Of a stretch of DNA of 52,930 nt, positions 26,298 to 39,412 are shown one piece after another; within the stretch, counting starts at the first letter, position 1; each line of letters begins with the position of its first letter. The notes beneath the pieces are model-generated. The model ran no database searches. It was given only the letters and a program-made list of their open reading frames with translations, and was not told the origin of the DNA. The stretch is from Trichosphaerium sp. ATCC 40318 (taxonomy: Eukaryota; Protista; Tubulinea). Both the position numbers and the translations under genes were made by a program. The stretch is from NCBI GenBank assembly GCA_038496445.1, contig JALMLS010000426.1, forward strand, positions 1 through 52,930, read 5' to 3'.

Positions 26298-28550
26298 TTA
26301 GATAGTATTTTGAATAAGTGCATCTGAGGTTAGAGGTTTTTCTTCTTCCTTGGTACCTTTAGGTTGGTCCTTAAAAAAATATTAGAGTTTTTTTTCGCTT
26401 TGTGTTTTTTTTTCTTTTTTCTTTTTTACGTACCCTCGCCCTCTTGCATAATGTTTGTCCATTGTAGTGATCAACAATGATTAACCACTCTGTCAGTAAG
26501 AATCCTAGGCAATCCATACATACAAAGAAAGCCATAGCGTAGTTGTATCCTAAAAAAACAAGGTTAAAAAAAATGTCAACAAGAAGTAAAGCACTTACCT
26601 TTGACTTGCTCTTTGGCATCAAAAGTAGCATTAACGGATGTAGAAATAATTTTACCAACAATAATATTTACAAGAGCTAATCCGATATTTTGAACACTAG
26701 TCTAAATAATATAGCGTCAGTACAAGAAAAGTGAACAAAAAAACCAGCGAACAGAACTTGTTTGAAAATCAAAAAAAAACAAGTGACTAACCATTAGGCC
26801 GAATGCAGTTGTTGTCTTTTCTTTAGGAATAATAAGAGGTACACAAGGCCATAAAGCAGATGGTACTAGAGCAAAAGAGAGCCCAATGAGGATGAAAAAG
26901 AAAATAGGATTGACGTCTAGAGCACCAAGCAAACAATGAGCTGGAATCATCATGAAGGATCCAAACAACACTAAAAAATAAAGTGTCAGTAAACACAATG
27001 TCGTCGCTCTTCTGTTGTATTATAAACTTACCAAAGTATGGCCTGTAGCCTACGTAGTCAACTAGTTTACCCAAGAACGGAGATAATACAATAGAAGCGA
27101 GTACAACAATACTTGAAATTAAAGAGGCGTGTTTGTATACAAATGGGTTGTCGTAAGTGTTTGGTCCCCATTTAGCCTTGATAAAGTTGCTTTAAAAAAG
27201 TATTCATCAGCAAACGTAGAGCGCGTAGATGGAAAAAAAAAAGTAAGATAAATTAATAAGCGTACGTTGCAACACTAGTGAACGGAAGAACGCCGGCATA
27301 GTAAGTAAGTGTAATAAAAGCAATAAGGAAAAATCGTTTATCAAAATATAAGATTGCTTTAAAGTCCAATTTTGTCTTCTCTTGCTTTTTCTTCAAGGTT
27401 CTGTGGTTTGGTGTCAGTTTAAATCTTTTTATATTCAAAAAAATAAAAGAACGTACTTGGCACCAGCAATATCTAGGAAACAGTATGCTACTACAGCCAG
27501 TAGAGACATACTAACAAGAATGACACCTTGTACAAGTAAGCAAATAAAGAAAGGCTTTTTCTGATTTCTAAAATAACGTACCAAGCCATAGAACGTATTG
27601 GTAACCATCACCAGGAATGGAACCATCTGCAGGGACTGGTGAAACTGCGTTTGCTATTACGCCACCCAGAGAAATTGCAAAAAAATCTCCCTGCACCAAA
27701 GCGTAAGCAAAAAGCTTACTCTCTTTTTTTGATTGTGTACCAAACGAGATAACGCCAACGCCAATCCAAAAGCAGTAGCTAGTTCTGTACCATCACTGAA
27801 CCACCTGGAAATCATAGAACTCTGTGTCACTTGGTGATTGTCAGTACTGTACACTGTTTTAGCATATTTTGACGTACCATTAAGCGACTCAGCTCCCATA
27901 CCATAAATAAACCTGCCAATAACCATGATATAGAATGGAATGTTGTGTGCTTTACCGGCCTTGGCTAGTGGCGCTAATGCAACGATGATGGTTCCTTTAT
28001 TTATGAGTAAATCGATTTAACTAGCGTAGACGCACCTGCTAGTGTGAGACTTCCGAATAGGAGGCCTGCTAATCGCAAACCAAGCATATCGCCCAGTACG
28101 CCACCAAAAAAACAAAGCACAGTGTTTGGAATAGAGTAAACACTGTATAACAGTAAGAACTTTTGAGAATCGATGCCTAGTATCTAAGGAAAGCTCAATA
28201 AACATTTCCATGTATAGTTGTGCGAGCGTACTGGATCTAAGTAGTCGTGGCCAAGTGCTTGTATCTCATCGTACGAAAAGTACGATCCAAAACAGATAAT
28301 ACTTATTACAGCCAGCATTGTGTACCGAAAGGCCTTCGAATCAGCCGAAAAGAACGCCATGCTGTGTCTTTCCAGTTCGTCCTTATTTTGACCACTCTGG
28401 ACTAAGTTTGATGCTAGTAGCGCGATTTTACCACTACTTTTCTTCAAGCACGTTGTACATCATAACACATAAAATTAGCTACAAAACAATCAAAACAATA
28501 ATCAACTAAACTAAAAAGAACTAGATTAGGAAATACAAAACTTACGACAT
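26298..28550 (-). CDS. MFSD1: MFS transporter, MFSD1-like (lysosomal)
   Basis: CFGSYFSYD, LLYSVYSIPN, IGRFIYGMGAESL, ISRWF and SALWPCVPLIIP. Confidence 0.85.
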
Positions 28551-28728
28551 TTCTAGAGTAAAAACATCGAACTGAGATTTTGTTGGTGTACCATTGCGCC
28601 ACATGGTTTTTTTAGTTCTACATGCTCTCAATGGCTTTGAAATTTGTTTGTGTTCGATACATAGGTCCAAAGCTTAGTATCAAGCGAAAACATACAAAAA
28701 ATGGTTTGAGGTTTCCCTTATTTTTCTT

Positions 28729-28779
28729 AGCGGTTATAGCCGGTCCAAAACCTTAAACGGCCAACCGGCTATAGCCGTT
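28729..28779 (+). repeat. 16-bp inverted repeat just upstream of the tRNA pair
   Basis: AGCGGTTATAGCCGGT ... ACCGGCTATAGCCGTT (two G-U pairs). Confidence 0.75.
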
Positions 28780-28792
28780 TAGCGGCCACCTC

Positions 28793-28863
28793 TGGTCAAT
28801 GGTGTGACGGAAGCACATGGCATTGAAGGTGCTACAGTTCAGGTTCGATTCCTGGTTGACCCA
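28793..28863 (+). tRNA. tRNA with GAA (Phe) anticodon, copy B (G1 changed to T)
   Basis: Near-identical to 19269-19339. Confidence 0.75.
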
Positions 28864-28871
28864 CATGCCTT

Positions 28872-28956
28872 GCAGAGGTGCTCGAATTGGATAATGAGGC
28901 TGTGTTAAGGACGCAGTGTGGTGTAACCACGTGTGGTTCGAATCCCACCCTCTGCA
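28872..28956 (+). tRNA. tRNA-Leu(AAG), copy B (1-nt deletion in the T stem)
   Basis: GCAGAGG/CCTCTGC acceptor, AAG anticodon, long variable arm, TTTT terminator. Confidence 0.8.
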
Positions 28957-29106
28957 TTTTATGCTTTTTTAGTCAACAACACAAACTGTATGTGATTCTG
29001 TGCTATGACTGTTTTAATGTTTCACAAACATATTTACATTACAGAAATCATCCTTCCTGTAGCAATTTTTCAACAATTGAACAGTTTTATTATATTACAT
29101 TAACAT

Positions 29107-30277
29107 TTACTTTGACTCTTCGTTACTATCTGGCCTGGACATCTCTAAATCAAGAAATTGTTTATAACATTCTATACCACCATAACAAAGCCAAGGAGGA
29201 GGTAATCTATCCACAGTAATACCAGTTATTCCATTTGGTAATTTTTTTGTTAAAAGTTCTCTAAAAGTACAAGTAACAACATCATTCAACTTAAGGCTCT
29301 TTGCATAATGCTGAGCTATTGCGCGATGTATTGGAGATATGAAACATTGAAGGTACTTATTACCTTCATTACCACTCCAGTACGTATCTCCTGTAGATTT
29401 ATCACAAAGAAATGCTAAATTGATATCATGTAACGGCGATTGTGGATTGTCAACACTTTGTACAGCATGTTTCCTAAATGCTGTTGAAAGTGCCTGTGAA
29501 TTGAATTCGGGTATTTCTTTTTTTGTTATTTTACCCAAATGTTGACTTAAATCTGGAGACGGATCTACAATAATTTCATCTGGCTCCATGTTCTTCTTTT
29601 CTTTCTAGATCGAAAAAAGTCAGTTTTTTTTGACACATTGTGACACTTTCTTGTCATTTCACAAAAATCATTTGAAAATGGCTCTGCGCCACGTATGAAC
29701 ATGATTTGTCAATAAAGAATAAAATTAAGGCGTTTGGTGATACCTGTATGGCGAAAAGGGAAGATATCTTGAATCCTGGTTGTATTGATAGCTGATGCTC
29801 TGGTAGTGTAATAGCATTCTTGAACGCATCATATGTGTGCGTTGATGTAAAGATTGGCGCCACTAGAGTGTCTCCGTGTTGTACGAACATTAAAAGATCT
29901 CCAATTGATAAAGTAATAAGCTCTGGCATATTTATAAGCGCACGATAGAAGGCACTGCGCGCCAGCTTGTGTTTTAACATAAATAGTCTTCCAGGTTGTC
30001 CAATAGGCTTGTAGTTACCTCTGGCATAGTCTATGTTTTGTTTCTGAAACTCTGAGAGCCTAACATTGCTATCTGCAGGAAATAATGATTCTTTGCTTAT
30101 TGGCAATTCGTAGCCTTTAGATCGCCAGTTTAGATTACACTCATAGCGTAATATCGCTAATCTTTCTGTTTCAGCCTTGCTTGTACAGTATTTGCGTTGC
30201 ACACGTTTTTTGGCTGCCTTTCTTGTCTTTGCGCTTTTTGCGGCTAGTCTAGAGTTGACGTACAGTCTCATTGCCAA
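29107..30277 (-). CDS. Hypothetical protein(s); two long ORFs, possibly one spliced gene
   Basis: 207-aa and 160-aa ORFs with an acceptor-like site near 29606; no recognised domain. Confidence 0.5.
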
Positions 30278-30411
30278 GTAAGGTCACGCTGGAAAGCTGT
30301 ACTAAAACCAGTTTCAAAGTCTTCGCTTTTCTTGACGGTTTTTAAGATAAAAGTGTAATAAACCAATCACACCACTTGTTGAGCGATTTAAAACCATCCT
30401 AGCGATATAAA

Positions 30412-31956
30412 ATGACCGACAACGATCAATCGTCAAAAAATGCTCCAGAACCATTAAAACCTGCGTCGTACGTTAGCTGTAGGTATTGTAATATTGATTC
30501 AATATAGTTGCCGTTTAACTTTGCTCGACTTACCAGTTGAGTTACATTTTGCTATCACAGACACAGCACGCTTTGTTTACAAGCTTTGGCCACGTCTGTG
30601 TAGGGAAACAGCAACGTCTTCTAGGCAAGTACTGAAAATACGTGGAGTTTTCTACTAAGCTTTCCTTTCGCGGTTTTTTCTGACTCACTCGCTCCTAGGC
30701 ACGATGCAGAGCTTCGCAAAGATGGTCAATGGAAGCGATGGTCTAATAAAAACGGCCAAATACTCTGTAGGTGTGCATTCGAGCAAGGAAAACGAGAAGG
30801 ACTATACAGAACATGGTACAATAGTTTTCCAAAAAAAACTGTTACTTATCTTTCTTTCTTCGTTAGGTATTTATCAGGTCAACTTCATGAGATAGCGTAC
30901 TATGAAAATGGTCTTATACAAGGAGAATTCAAAGACTACGATATGGAAGGGAACCTCAACGTTCATTGTTTTTATAAAGATGGAAAAAAAGAGGGAGAAT
31001 ATATTTGGTATGATCGTGATGCGAAACGTGTTCATTGCTCCTTCAAGAACGATGTACATCACGGAGTTTATAAAGACTGGTATACCCACGGTGATATGAG
31101 ATCATGCTCTAACTTTGTCAATGGCAAAGAGGATGGTAAGTCAGAAAAATGGGATGCAAACGGAAACTTGGAGCATGTTGCGTTTTATAAAGAAGGAGTT
31201 CTTGATGGTCCTTATAAACGTTGGAACACTTTTAACGCGTGTATTATAATTGATACACATTATAAGCAAGGTGAGATTAATGGAGGGTATAAAGAATGGT
31301 ACGATGATGGTAAAAAGAAGTATGACTATGAAATGAAAATGGGAATAAAGCACGGAGAATACAAAGAGTGGTATGCATCAGGTAGGTTAATGCTTCATTG
31401 TTTTTACAACGAAGGTAAGGTTAGTGGTGGGTATACTTCTTTTCATGAGAATGGAAAGACAAAAGCTAAGTATACACGTGTTGGCACAAGTTTTGAAGGA
31501 GATTACTTCACTTGGCATTGGAAAGGAAGATTAACAAAAAAGTGCTCTTATTTAAATGGAAAATTACATGGAGACTTTATGTGCTTTCAATCTGGCTATG
31601 TCACAAAGTGTTCTTATGATAATGGAAAGGTGTCAAGTGTGTCGTGTACTTACTGTGATGGTAAACTCGTACGAGAAAGACATCTTGATGGTAAAGTAGA
31701 CGAGTATTATCCTAATGGCCAATTCAGTGTAACGTACCGCCCAAACAAAAGTATTGGTGATAATTTTCGTGAAGTAAAGCGGTGGTATGAAAACGGTCAG
31801 ATAAAGGAATCATATTCCACTCAGTATGGTAGGAAGCATGGCACACACACTTCTTGGAGTAAAGATGGGAAACATTGCTACAAAAAAGAATACAAAAATG
31901 GTTTTGAGTGTTATACACCAATAACAAAGATTAATACAGGTAAAGGTAAAGAGTAA
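30412..31956 (+). CDS. MORN-variant (YwqK-like) repeat protein
   Basis: Repeats such as GIKHGEYKEWYASGRLM and NGKEDGKSEKWDANGNL; start tentative. Confidence 0.85.
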
Positions 31957-32569
31957 GTAAGAAACAAGAATTTTTAAATAATAAATGATTAACTACAAAA
32001 ACTTGATTGATTGTGTGCTAGCTTGTAGCTAAAGTAAATCAGCGTTTCTTTATGTAATTGTTTTGTTGTTTACTGGCATCTTTAGTTCCAAATCTGTAGG
32101 GACAACTGCGGCAGTATTTCCTCGTTGAATATTTATACAGAGATGACACATGGAGTCACACGGAATTGACGTTTCCTTGTCATATGAAATGGTGCTTGCA
32201 AAGAAAACTCGAGCAGTATTCAGATGCTGGGCTTGTATAGCTTTTGGCTAGTTTCCAAATTTGACACACCTGAAAAGGCCGGAAAGACTGAAAGTCGTTT
32301 TGTCACTTTGGCAAGAGTCTCGAGGAAACATTTTAAAAAACTTTTGAAGACAAGTAAATTTGCGCTTTGGCAAACTTCGTTATCCGACAAGTATTGTCTA
32401 CTTCGTTTTCACAGCTGTGCGAACACACTTCTAACTTCAAGGTAACTAGCGCAAAAATCGACAAAAATGGTAAAAATAGTTATGGCTTACTTCCAAAAAA
32501 GGTTCCTACTTCTAGAAGTAGAAACCCACACAAATCACTTCACACAAGCACCTTCACGTCACCTAGAAA

Positions 32570-34511
32570 ATGGTACATAGTTAATACAGTATTGTAACGT
32601 ACTAATAGCTATCTAACAGGCAAACTCTTGCTTGTTTCTAGTTCTATCATCACTCTTTCTTCTTGTTGTACTAGCCAACAAACAAACCCTCAAAGCGGAA
32701 TTCAAGTACGTTTTTTTAAATAAAAACACCAACAAACAAGTTGTTTTATGGCTAATATCGCGTAGAAAATGCCGTAGAGCAAAGTCCGAGGCTTGGGATA
32801 AGAAAACGCGACAATGTCGACTTGTTTTATCGTTCACAGATAAAACAACGGATGCCAAAATGTAACACATTTCATCTATACAACGTCTTCTAACGCTTTA
32901 ATTTAGCACAAAGCTTGAAAAGTCTCTAAAGAAAAAGGGTATCAACGTTGAAGCTCATTTTGAGCATGGTAAAGCCCTATGCATATTTGCAACTAGACGC
33001 AAAGCGAACAGAGCTATGCAAATTGCTATCAACAGAGATATGTTCCTTTCAATTGAGGCCGATGTCGGTTATGGTATATTCGATACTCTTGGAGAGCAAG
33101 CAGAAGAAACACAATCTAGTAACAGCACTAAGCGTCAGGCTCATTGGATGTGGCACTTGGATCGCATTGATCAAAAACAATCCCTTGATGGCCGAAAATA
33201 TACGTAAGTGTTCACATTCATTTTAACTTGTACTCTACTTCTGATTTCCTAACACAATTTGACTAAAGTCCCGCTAATAATGGAGTTGGTGTACGCGTAT
33301 ATGTCATCGATACTGGAGTCAGCCCTACTCACACTCATTTATCTGTGCGTGTCAACAAGAGACCATTTCAATATCTAACTTCTTGGTTTTTTAAAGGGAA
33401 GAATCATATCAATGCACTCTATGGTAGGTGGTTCTGCAGTTGATGTTATTGGTCATGGAACAGCAGTTGCAGGTACAATACGTATATATTAGTTTGCGTG
33501 CTGTTCTTGTATTTGTTTTACAACTTAATTTACTCCTTAAGGCGCTGTTGTATCTCCACATTTTGGTACTGCCCCTGGTGCTAGAATAGTCAGCTACAAG
33601 TACGAACAAAACCATTCAATTCGAGTTTTAATTTCTGTGTGTAGTGTATGCAAATCTCCTACATCTTGCTCATTCCCAGCTATTATCGCAGCTATTGAAG
33701 CAGCTATCAATGACTACCGAACCAATGGTAGAGGATGGCGAGGAGGTATTATCAATCTTTCGCTGGGAAAAGTAGTCGCTCGTGGAGCACCACAAAATGG
33801 AATTGAAACAGCACTCTATGCGTAAATGATTTATTGTTTTACGGTCGGTTAAACTCATGGACATTGTTTTAGTGCACGTTCATTTGGTATGGAAGTAGTT
33901 ATGGCTGCAGGAAATAGCAATATAGATGCATCACGTGTTACACCAGCTAGGTTTCCTCAAGGTCTCACGTATGTTATTTTGTCGACTATTGTCATCGAAC
34001 TTAGTAACATTGTAGCGTTGGCGCTTCCACAATGAACTCTGCTAATCAAGATGTTCGTGCTAGCTTCAGTTGCTTTGGTCCTAGCGTGGTAAGGATCGAC
34101 GAACATTTACTGGTCTTATAAGAATTAACAAGTACACTATTAGGAACTTTTAGCACCAGGTGTATCAGTAACATTACCAGCTTTGGTACCAGGAAATGTT
34201 AACGCACTTAAAGCAAAATCAGGAACAAGTTTTTCTGCTCCTCTTACCGCTGGAGTCTTCGCTACAGTACGCATTATAGAGTCTTTATTATTGTGCTAAG
34301 TTTATATCATCAGATGATATCCAAGTACTGGTCTCATTTCTCACAAATTCCACAATATGCAGCTAGGGCAAATGTAATATCAAGAAACCATGCCTTCCGT
34401 GAAATAATGACTAGATCTGCCAATCCAAATATCAAAAAATTGAACGGTTCTCAAGGTCGTTTGTTACGTTCAGTGTGCAAACACGTTGATATCAGATTCT
34501 GTACTGCTTGA
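32570..34511 (+). CDS. Secreted subtilisin-like serine protease (S8, proteinase K-like)
   Basis: Signal peptide, WHLDRIDQ, YVIDTGV, HGTAVAG, AAGNSN and SGTSFSAP. Confidence 0.9.
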
Positions 34512-34790
34512 TTGGTAGTACTACGTATACGATATGGATCAGATTTCATTTGTTATTGAATAAATTCTAACAAACTAACATGTCATATTGCAGCTGCGTC
34601 TTGTACTCCGTAGTAGCTCTTACTCCATCCTTTGTAATCACCGCTTCTTTTACTGTATTTTTTCTGTTCACTGCGCGTATTGTGACATAAGGTTGTGGAT
34701 CCATAGTTCTAGAAAACTTTCCTTTAAAATATCACTTCAAAAGTGCGAATTTCAGCGAACAGCCCACAGGCAATTTCGTTAAAATTCGTG

Positions 34791-36199
34791 ATGGCAGTGT
34801 CTGAAAAGCAACCAAGGAATTTAATTATACGTAAGGAGTTCTCTGTTATCGAATTACACAAGAATTACCCTCCAAAGTGGCGATCAAAGAATAAGAAAGT
34901 CCTCGCAGCGCTATCGCTACCAAATGGGATTAAACACGTCGAAACGCCTTTAATATTGACAAAGTACGTATAAAACAGCCTTAACACGACCACAAACTCT
35001 ATAATTAGGTATTCTGAGCTGCGTGTACCAAAAAGCTTTCCAGCGGACTCCATTACGACATACAAACAAAAAGAAACGTCTTTTGAATATTTACCATCAA
35101 CAGACGCCGAAATTCAGTTCTACCCAAACTTTGCTGATAGAGAGCTCTTTAAAGTATACTCTGGACCATTATTTGCTCAAGATGAGCACCAAGTTGCTGG
35201 TAATACCAACTGACTTTACAACTTTCTGATTTCCTTCGTAGAACATCCAACGCTAGGCGCATTAAAGGAGGCTTTGCAAAAACTATCTCGCTCAGAAGAT
35301 AAGCTAAAGCCTCTCACTAGGGAGAATGGTGCAACTCCTTGTGTTATTCTAAATGTAGATAGACGCATATCCATTAATTTAGGTCCTTCAGAGGCTAATC
35401 CGAAAGGATTATATGGCAATAACTTTATGGCACGTGCCAAGAAATTACTGAGTTTTCTTAGTCGTTGCTTACTCTTTTTGTAGAATGCTACAGAAGAGTC
35501 TGTACAACAAGCAACAACGGTTCTATCTCCGCCGACCCTTACAAATATACTGGCATTTGAAGCACCTCCTAAAGGTAGTGGAGAATATTCATTTGGTACA
35601 ATAAACGATATTCTATCAACAGCATACACAGGTACACAAAACATCTTTCTTTAGAGGTATTATGTGCCTTTGTTTATTTATACTTCAAAGCATTTATGGC
35701 TGCAAAGAACGAAGTTAAATACCTCACCAAAGACACAAACAAGACGCCAAAAGTCACTATAAACACTGGACATTGGTATGTTCTTTTTAATCAAAAACAA
35801 TTGTCACGTGATTACTCACGTGATAAAAAAGGGGAACTGGCGCATACGGAGGGAATAAAACCATTATGGCACTATTACAAATTCTTGCAGCCGAGCTTGC
35901 ACAAGTGGACAAGTTTGTTTTCCATTCGTTTTCTTCTGAGTTCGCAGGCAGCTTTAAAGAAGCCGAGTCAATATTCGAAAAACTAGTTAGATCTCAAAAA
36001 GTTCCTTCAGTGAGCTCTGTACTTCTAGAAATCCAGAAGATGGGCTTTAAGTGGGGTCAATCTGACGGCAACTAACACTAACAAGGAGCTTTAGTGAATA
36101 GTCTATCACTCACTGTCCTTATAATAGCTGTCAGCCTTGTTAGTTTCGTTGCAAATAAAATAGTAAAAACATTTCAGTCCTTTGTACAATAAACTGAAA
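34791..36199 (+). CDS. Hypothetical multi-exon protein with C-terminal TM segment (model uncertain)
   Basis: Series of exon-like ORFs separated by GT-AG segments; hydrophobic end. Confidence 0.35.
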
Positions 36200-36222
36200 T
36201 TTTTCTAAAATAGTATTTTTTA

Positions 36223-36313
36223 TTGATTTACAACTTCGTATCTCTCTTGTGTACTTTTTCGCGTTTTAAGCGATTTGAAAGTAAACAGTCACGTGTCAAA
36301 GATGTAAAATCAA
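36223..36313 (-). promoter_or_regulatory. SECIS element (type II, GUGA core)
   Basis: GTGAC-TGTTTACTTT-CAAA-TCGC..GCGA-A-AAAGTACACA-AGAG, with lower helix TTGATTTTACATCTT/AAGTTGTAAATCAA. Confidence 0.8.
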
Positions 36314-36322
36314 CTCAATACT

Positions 36323-38440
36323 TTAAAGGCTGAACTTCGCCGAAAGGACTTTATCCAAACGCTAGAAAGTTAAAAATGTCAGAGAAGACATTTGTCATTT
36401 AACGAAACACGTACAGCCGGGATTGAGTCATAAGTGTTCATCTCATCAGGTTGAGCAACAAAGGTAACGGTACCATCTTCAATAACATAGAATCTAATAG
36501 GCCATGCAGCATAAGCTTGCTCAAAGCTATTCTCAATTGTGTCCACAAGCATTGGCAACTAAACCAAGTTTTTTTTTGATAAATAAACACATGATTACAT
36601 TACAAGGTAGTACCTGATATTGGTATTCTTTTACGAAAGATCTAGCAACACCACATCTTTCTATTGTTGTTCTAGGTTGTGTAATCTTCAAAGGGTCTCC
36701 AACAGGCCACTCATCGGAGGCGTGAGCCTCGACAATGTAAACTAGTAGAATATATTAGTAAAACAAGTTCAAAGGAAACACCAACGCACCTGTCAGAAAA
36801 TTAACGTTCCTACCGTGCTTGACAAGCATTTCATGCATGTCAGACTATAAAATAAATAATTAGACGTAAACACTAATACTTTGAAAGATGATAAAACAAA
36901 CAAAAGAATTGTAAACACAAAAACCCAATGTTCAGAGAAATCGAACTTTCGTGTCTTACCACATAGGAACAAAACGGCAGTCACGTATAAGAACCAGAAA
37001 TAATGACTGTTGGTTTTCCATTACTAAAGTGAGTCGCCATATAATCATGTAACATCACCTTGATAACGATAAGTGAAAAGACAACAGAAAAAAACACCAG
37101 GGTTACGTTTGTGCCATTGAGGTAAGCTAGTTTTGCTTGCGGTGCCGGTTTTCCAGGCGTTAGGTCTCCCTGTCGTGCTCTATTAAACTTCTGGTAATGA
37201 GGTATTCTTGTTATGAGCTCATTCTTTGGATACAATCCAGGTGCACAACGAATGTAGTCCACTGCCTTCTTATCTTTGTAACCAAACTCTTCAATAACTT
37301 GTTCTACAGGGAATATATTATACAGAGTATCAAACACAAAATCGTATAAGTTCAAAAACTGAAAGTACCTTGCACATGTGCAGCAACATGGATGGCATCA
37401 TTATCTGGATTAGAAAATTTTGCTTGAACAGCATCGGAAAGACGTAACTCTTCCTCTCGCTTTAGCATAGCTACCATTTTATCTAGAGGCGGCTTACTAT
37501 CAATAAGCTCTTTACTAGGCTTGACAAGATCAAAACCGCAACGACCATTAACAGGATGGAACATATGAACTCCACAACGCTGAAAAGAAAAAAAAGGGGT
37601 GAGGAACATACTTAGTAAAAACAAAATATTTACCATCCAGTGTCTTTGTCGCATACGTTCTTCGTGCAATAATGTGAATTTATGTTTCATGATAGCATAT
37701 AAACGCCTTTGGTGAACGAATTCTTCTTTCCAATTGGCCACATCCTATAAACTTTTTACACAAGATTTGGTGTGCTTAAACTGAAATAAACTTAGTTTGT
37801 TTTGAACGTACTTTGCCGTTTGCTATTGTAGGGAATACCTTATCACATAGTGATTTCCATAAATAAGGCGCACAAGCAATATTTTTACACTGGTTAGACA
37901 CTTGGGCAAAGTTCACAAGTGTAAAGAAGCTAAGATTATCTAACTTTGAATGAGAAATACAGTGTCACACAAATTAGACCTGTACCGCAAATAGTAATGA
38001 TAACTTCTGTGGGTAGCTCCAAAATATTAGCGTCCTTTGAGATAGGTATTACTGAAGGTGCTTCGGCCTAAATAGCGTAAGAAGGGAGATGAATTTAGCT
38101 TGGCAAAGGCTCACATTGTGATCTTTGTGATCTTTTGGAAGCGGTTCTTCGTATATGTGTACAGGAATAGACATACACGTCCAATGTCCAACGATAGTAC
38201 TTGCAAGATCTTTTGGTAACTCAAGGAAATAGCATCCCAACTCTATAACATAAATCATGTAGCCTACAACAATAGTTACTACAAAAAAATTCAAGGAAAA
38301 AGGCCTTTTTTTTTTCTTTTTTTTTCCCGACTGTCTTTGTATGTCGTTTAGTTGTCTTTTATGTAAAACATGCCTAAAGAATCTTCTTTAATTCCACGTG
38401 CATTTGTGATAAAAAATTTAATATCAGCACTGTTCAGCAT
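36323..38440 (-). CDS. F-box plus iodothyronine-deiodinase-like selenoprotein (Sec = TGA at 36981-36983)
   Basis: KPTVIISGSYT-TGA-LPF, then FLTVYIVEAHASDEW, MLVDTIENSFEQAYAAWPIRFYVI; F-box LELPTEVIITICDNL..LW; downstream SECIS; start tentative. Confidence 0.85.
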
Positions 38441-38579
38441 CTAGAAAAAGTATCAGGGTTTTTTTTTGGCACTACATTTTTGTGTAAAATTTATCCGTGT
38501 AAAACGACACACTGTAGTTGTATTTATGTTTTTGGATCGTACTTTTCTATCCGTATATATGTAAACGCGCTTGTATTCA

Positions 38580-38922
38580 TACCATATAATTCTTTAAAAG
38601 AAGTAGTTAGTTGCAATTCGACAAAGAATGAAAAAAAGTGGTTTAAGTTTTTTTTGTAGTATAAGTCTTACAATCGCCCTAGTTCTGCTAGTGTCCTTAT
38701 TACATGATCTTCTCTTTTTTTTCCACTACCTTCCCTTGCTTCAAGTGCTTGTACTCTTACTTCGTCAAGTGCTTCCATTATATCTACTAGGGCATCCCCC
38801 AATACTACCAGCGTTTAGTTGACTTTTAAAAAAGTACTTCAGGCGCACGTGCTAGTTGCTTTTTGCCACCTTCCTTCGCCATAGTTTTGGCAATCGCAAT
38901 AAATGCTTCTACTGAGGGCATT
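38580..38922 (-). CDS. Small hypothetical protein (model uncertain)
   Basis: MPSVEAFIAIAK exon can splice to a DIMEALDEVRVQ exon. Confidence 0.3.
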
Positions 38923-39412
38923 GGTGTTTGATCGTCCCTAGAGATGTTTAGATATCTGAGATATTTGAAAATAAGGCGCCTTCATATGGTATAAAATACC
39001 ACGTTGTACCATATTAAGTGGGTTTTGAAAACGTGTTTTAAAATAGATTATTTAAACATCTCCCATGAACGGTTTTTGATTTAGAATCGTTTACCGTTAA
39101 CAAAACGTACGAAAGCATCTTGCTATCGTTCTTTACGCAAGACAAAAACCATAGCGGGAGGGGTTGTTGATTTTTTGCATCGGTACAAATCTTTTTTGCT
39201 TGGTCCTCAATGAGGTCACATCTTTTTAATTCGTCATCATGCTAATACCGCCGTTAATTCAAACTGGACGTTAAAAATAGTTGTATACTACGTACAGCCA
39301 TCCTTTACTACGACATGCTGATCAAAGAAACCGAACAAGGCCGTATTTGTAATCAAGCGACGTTGAAAAACAGAGACTTTCATGCAGCAACACAATTAGC
39401 ATAAAAGTCAGC

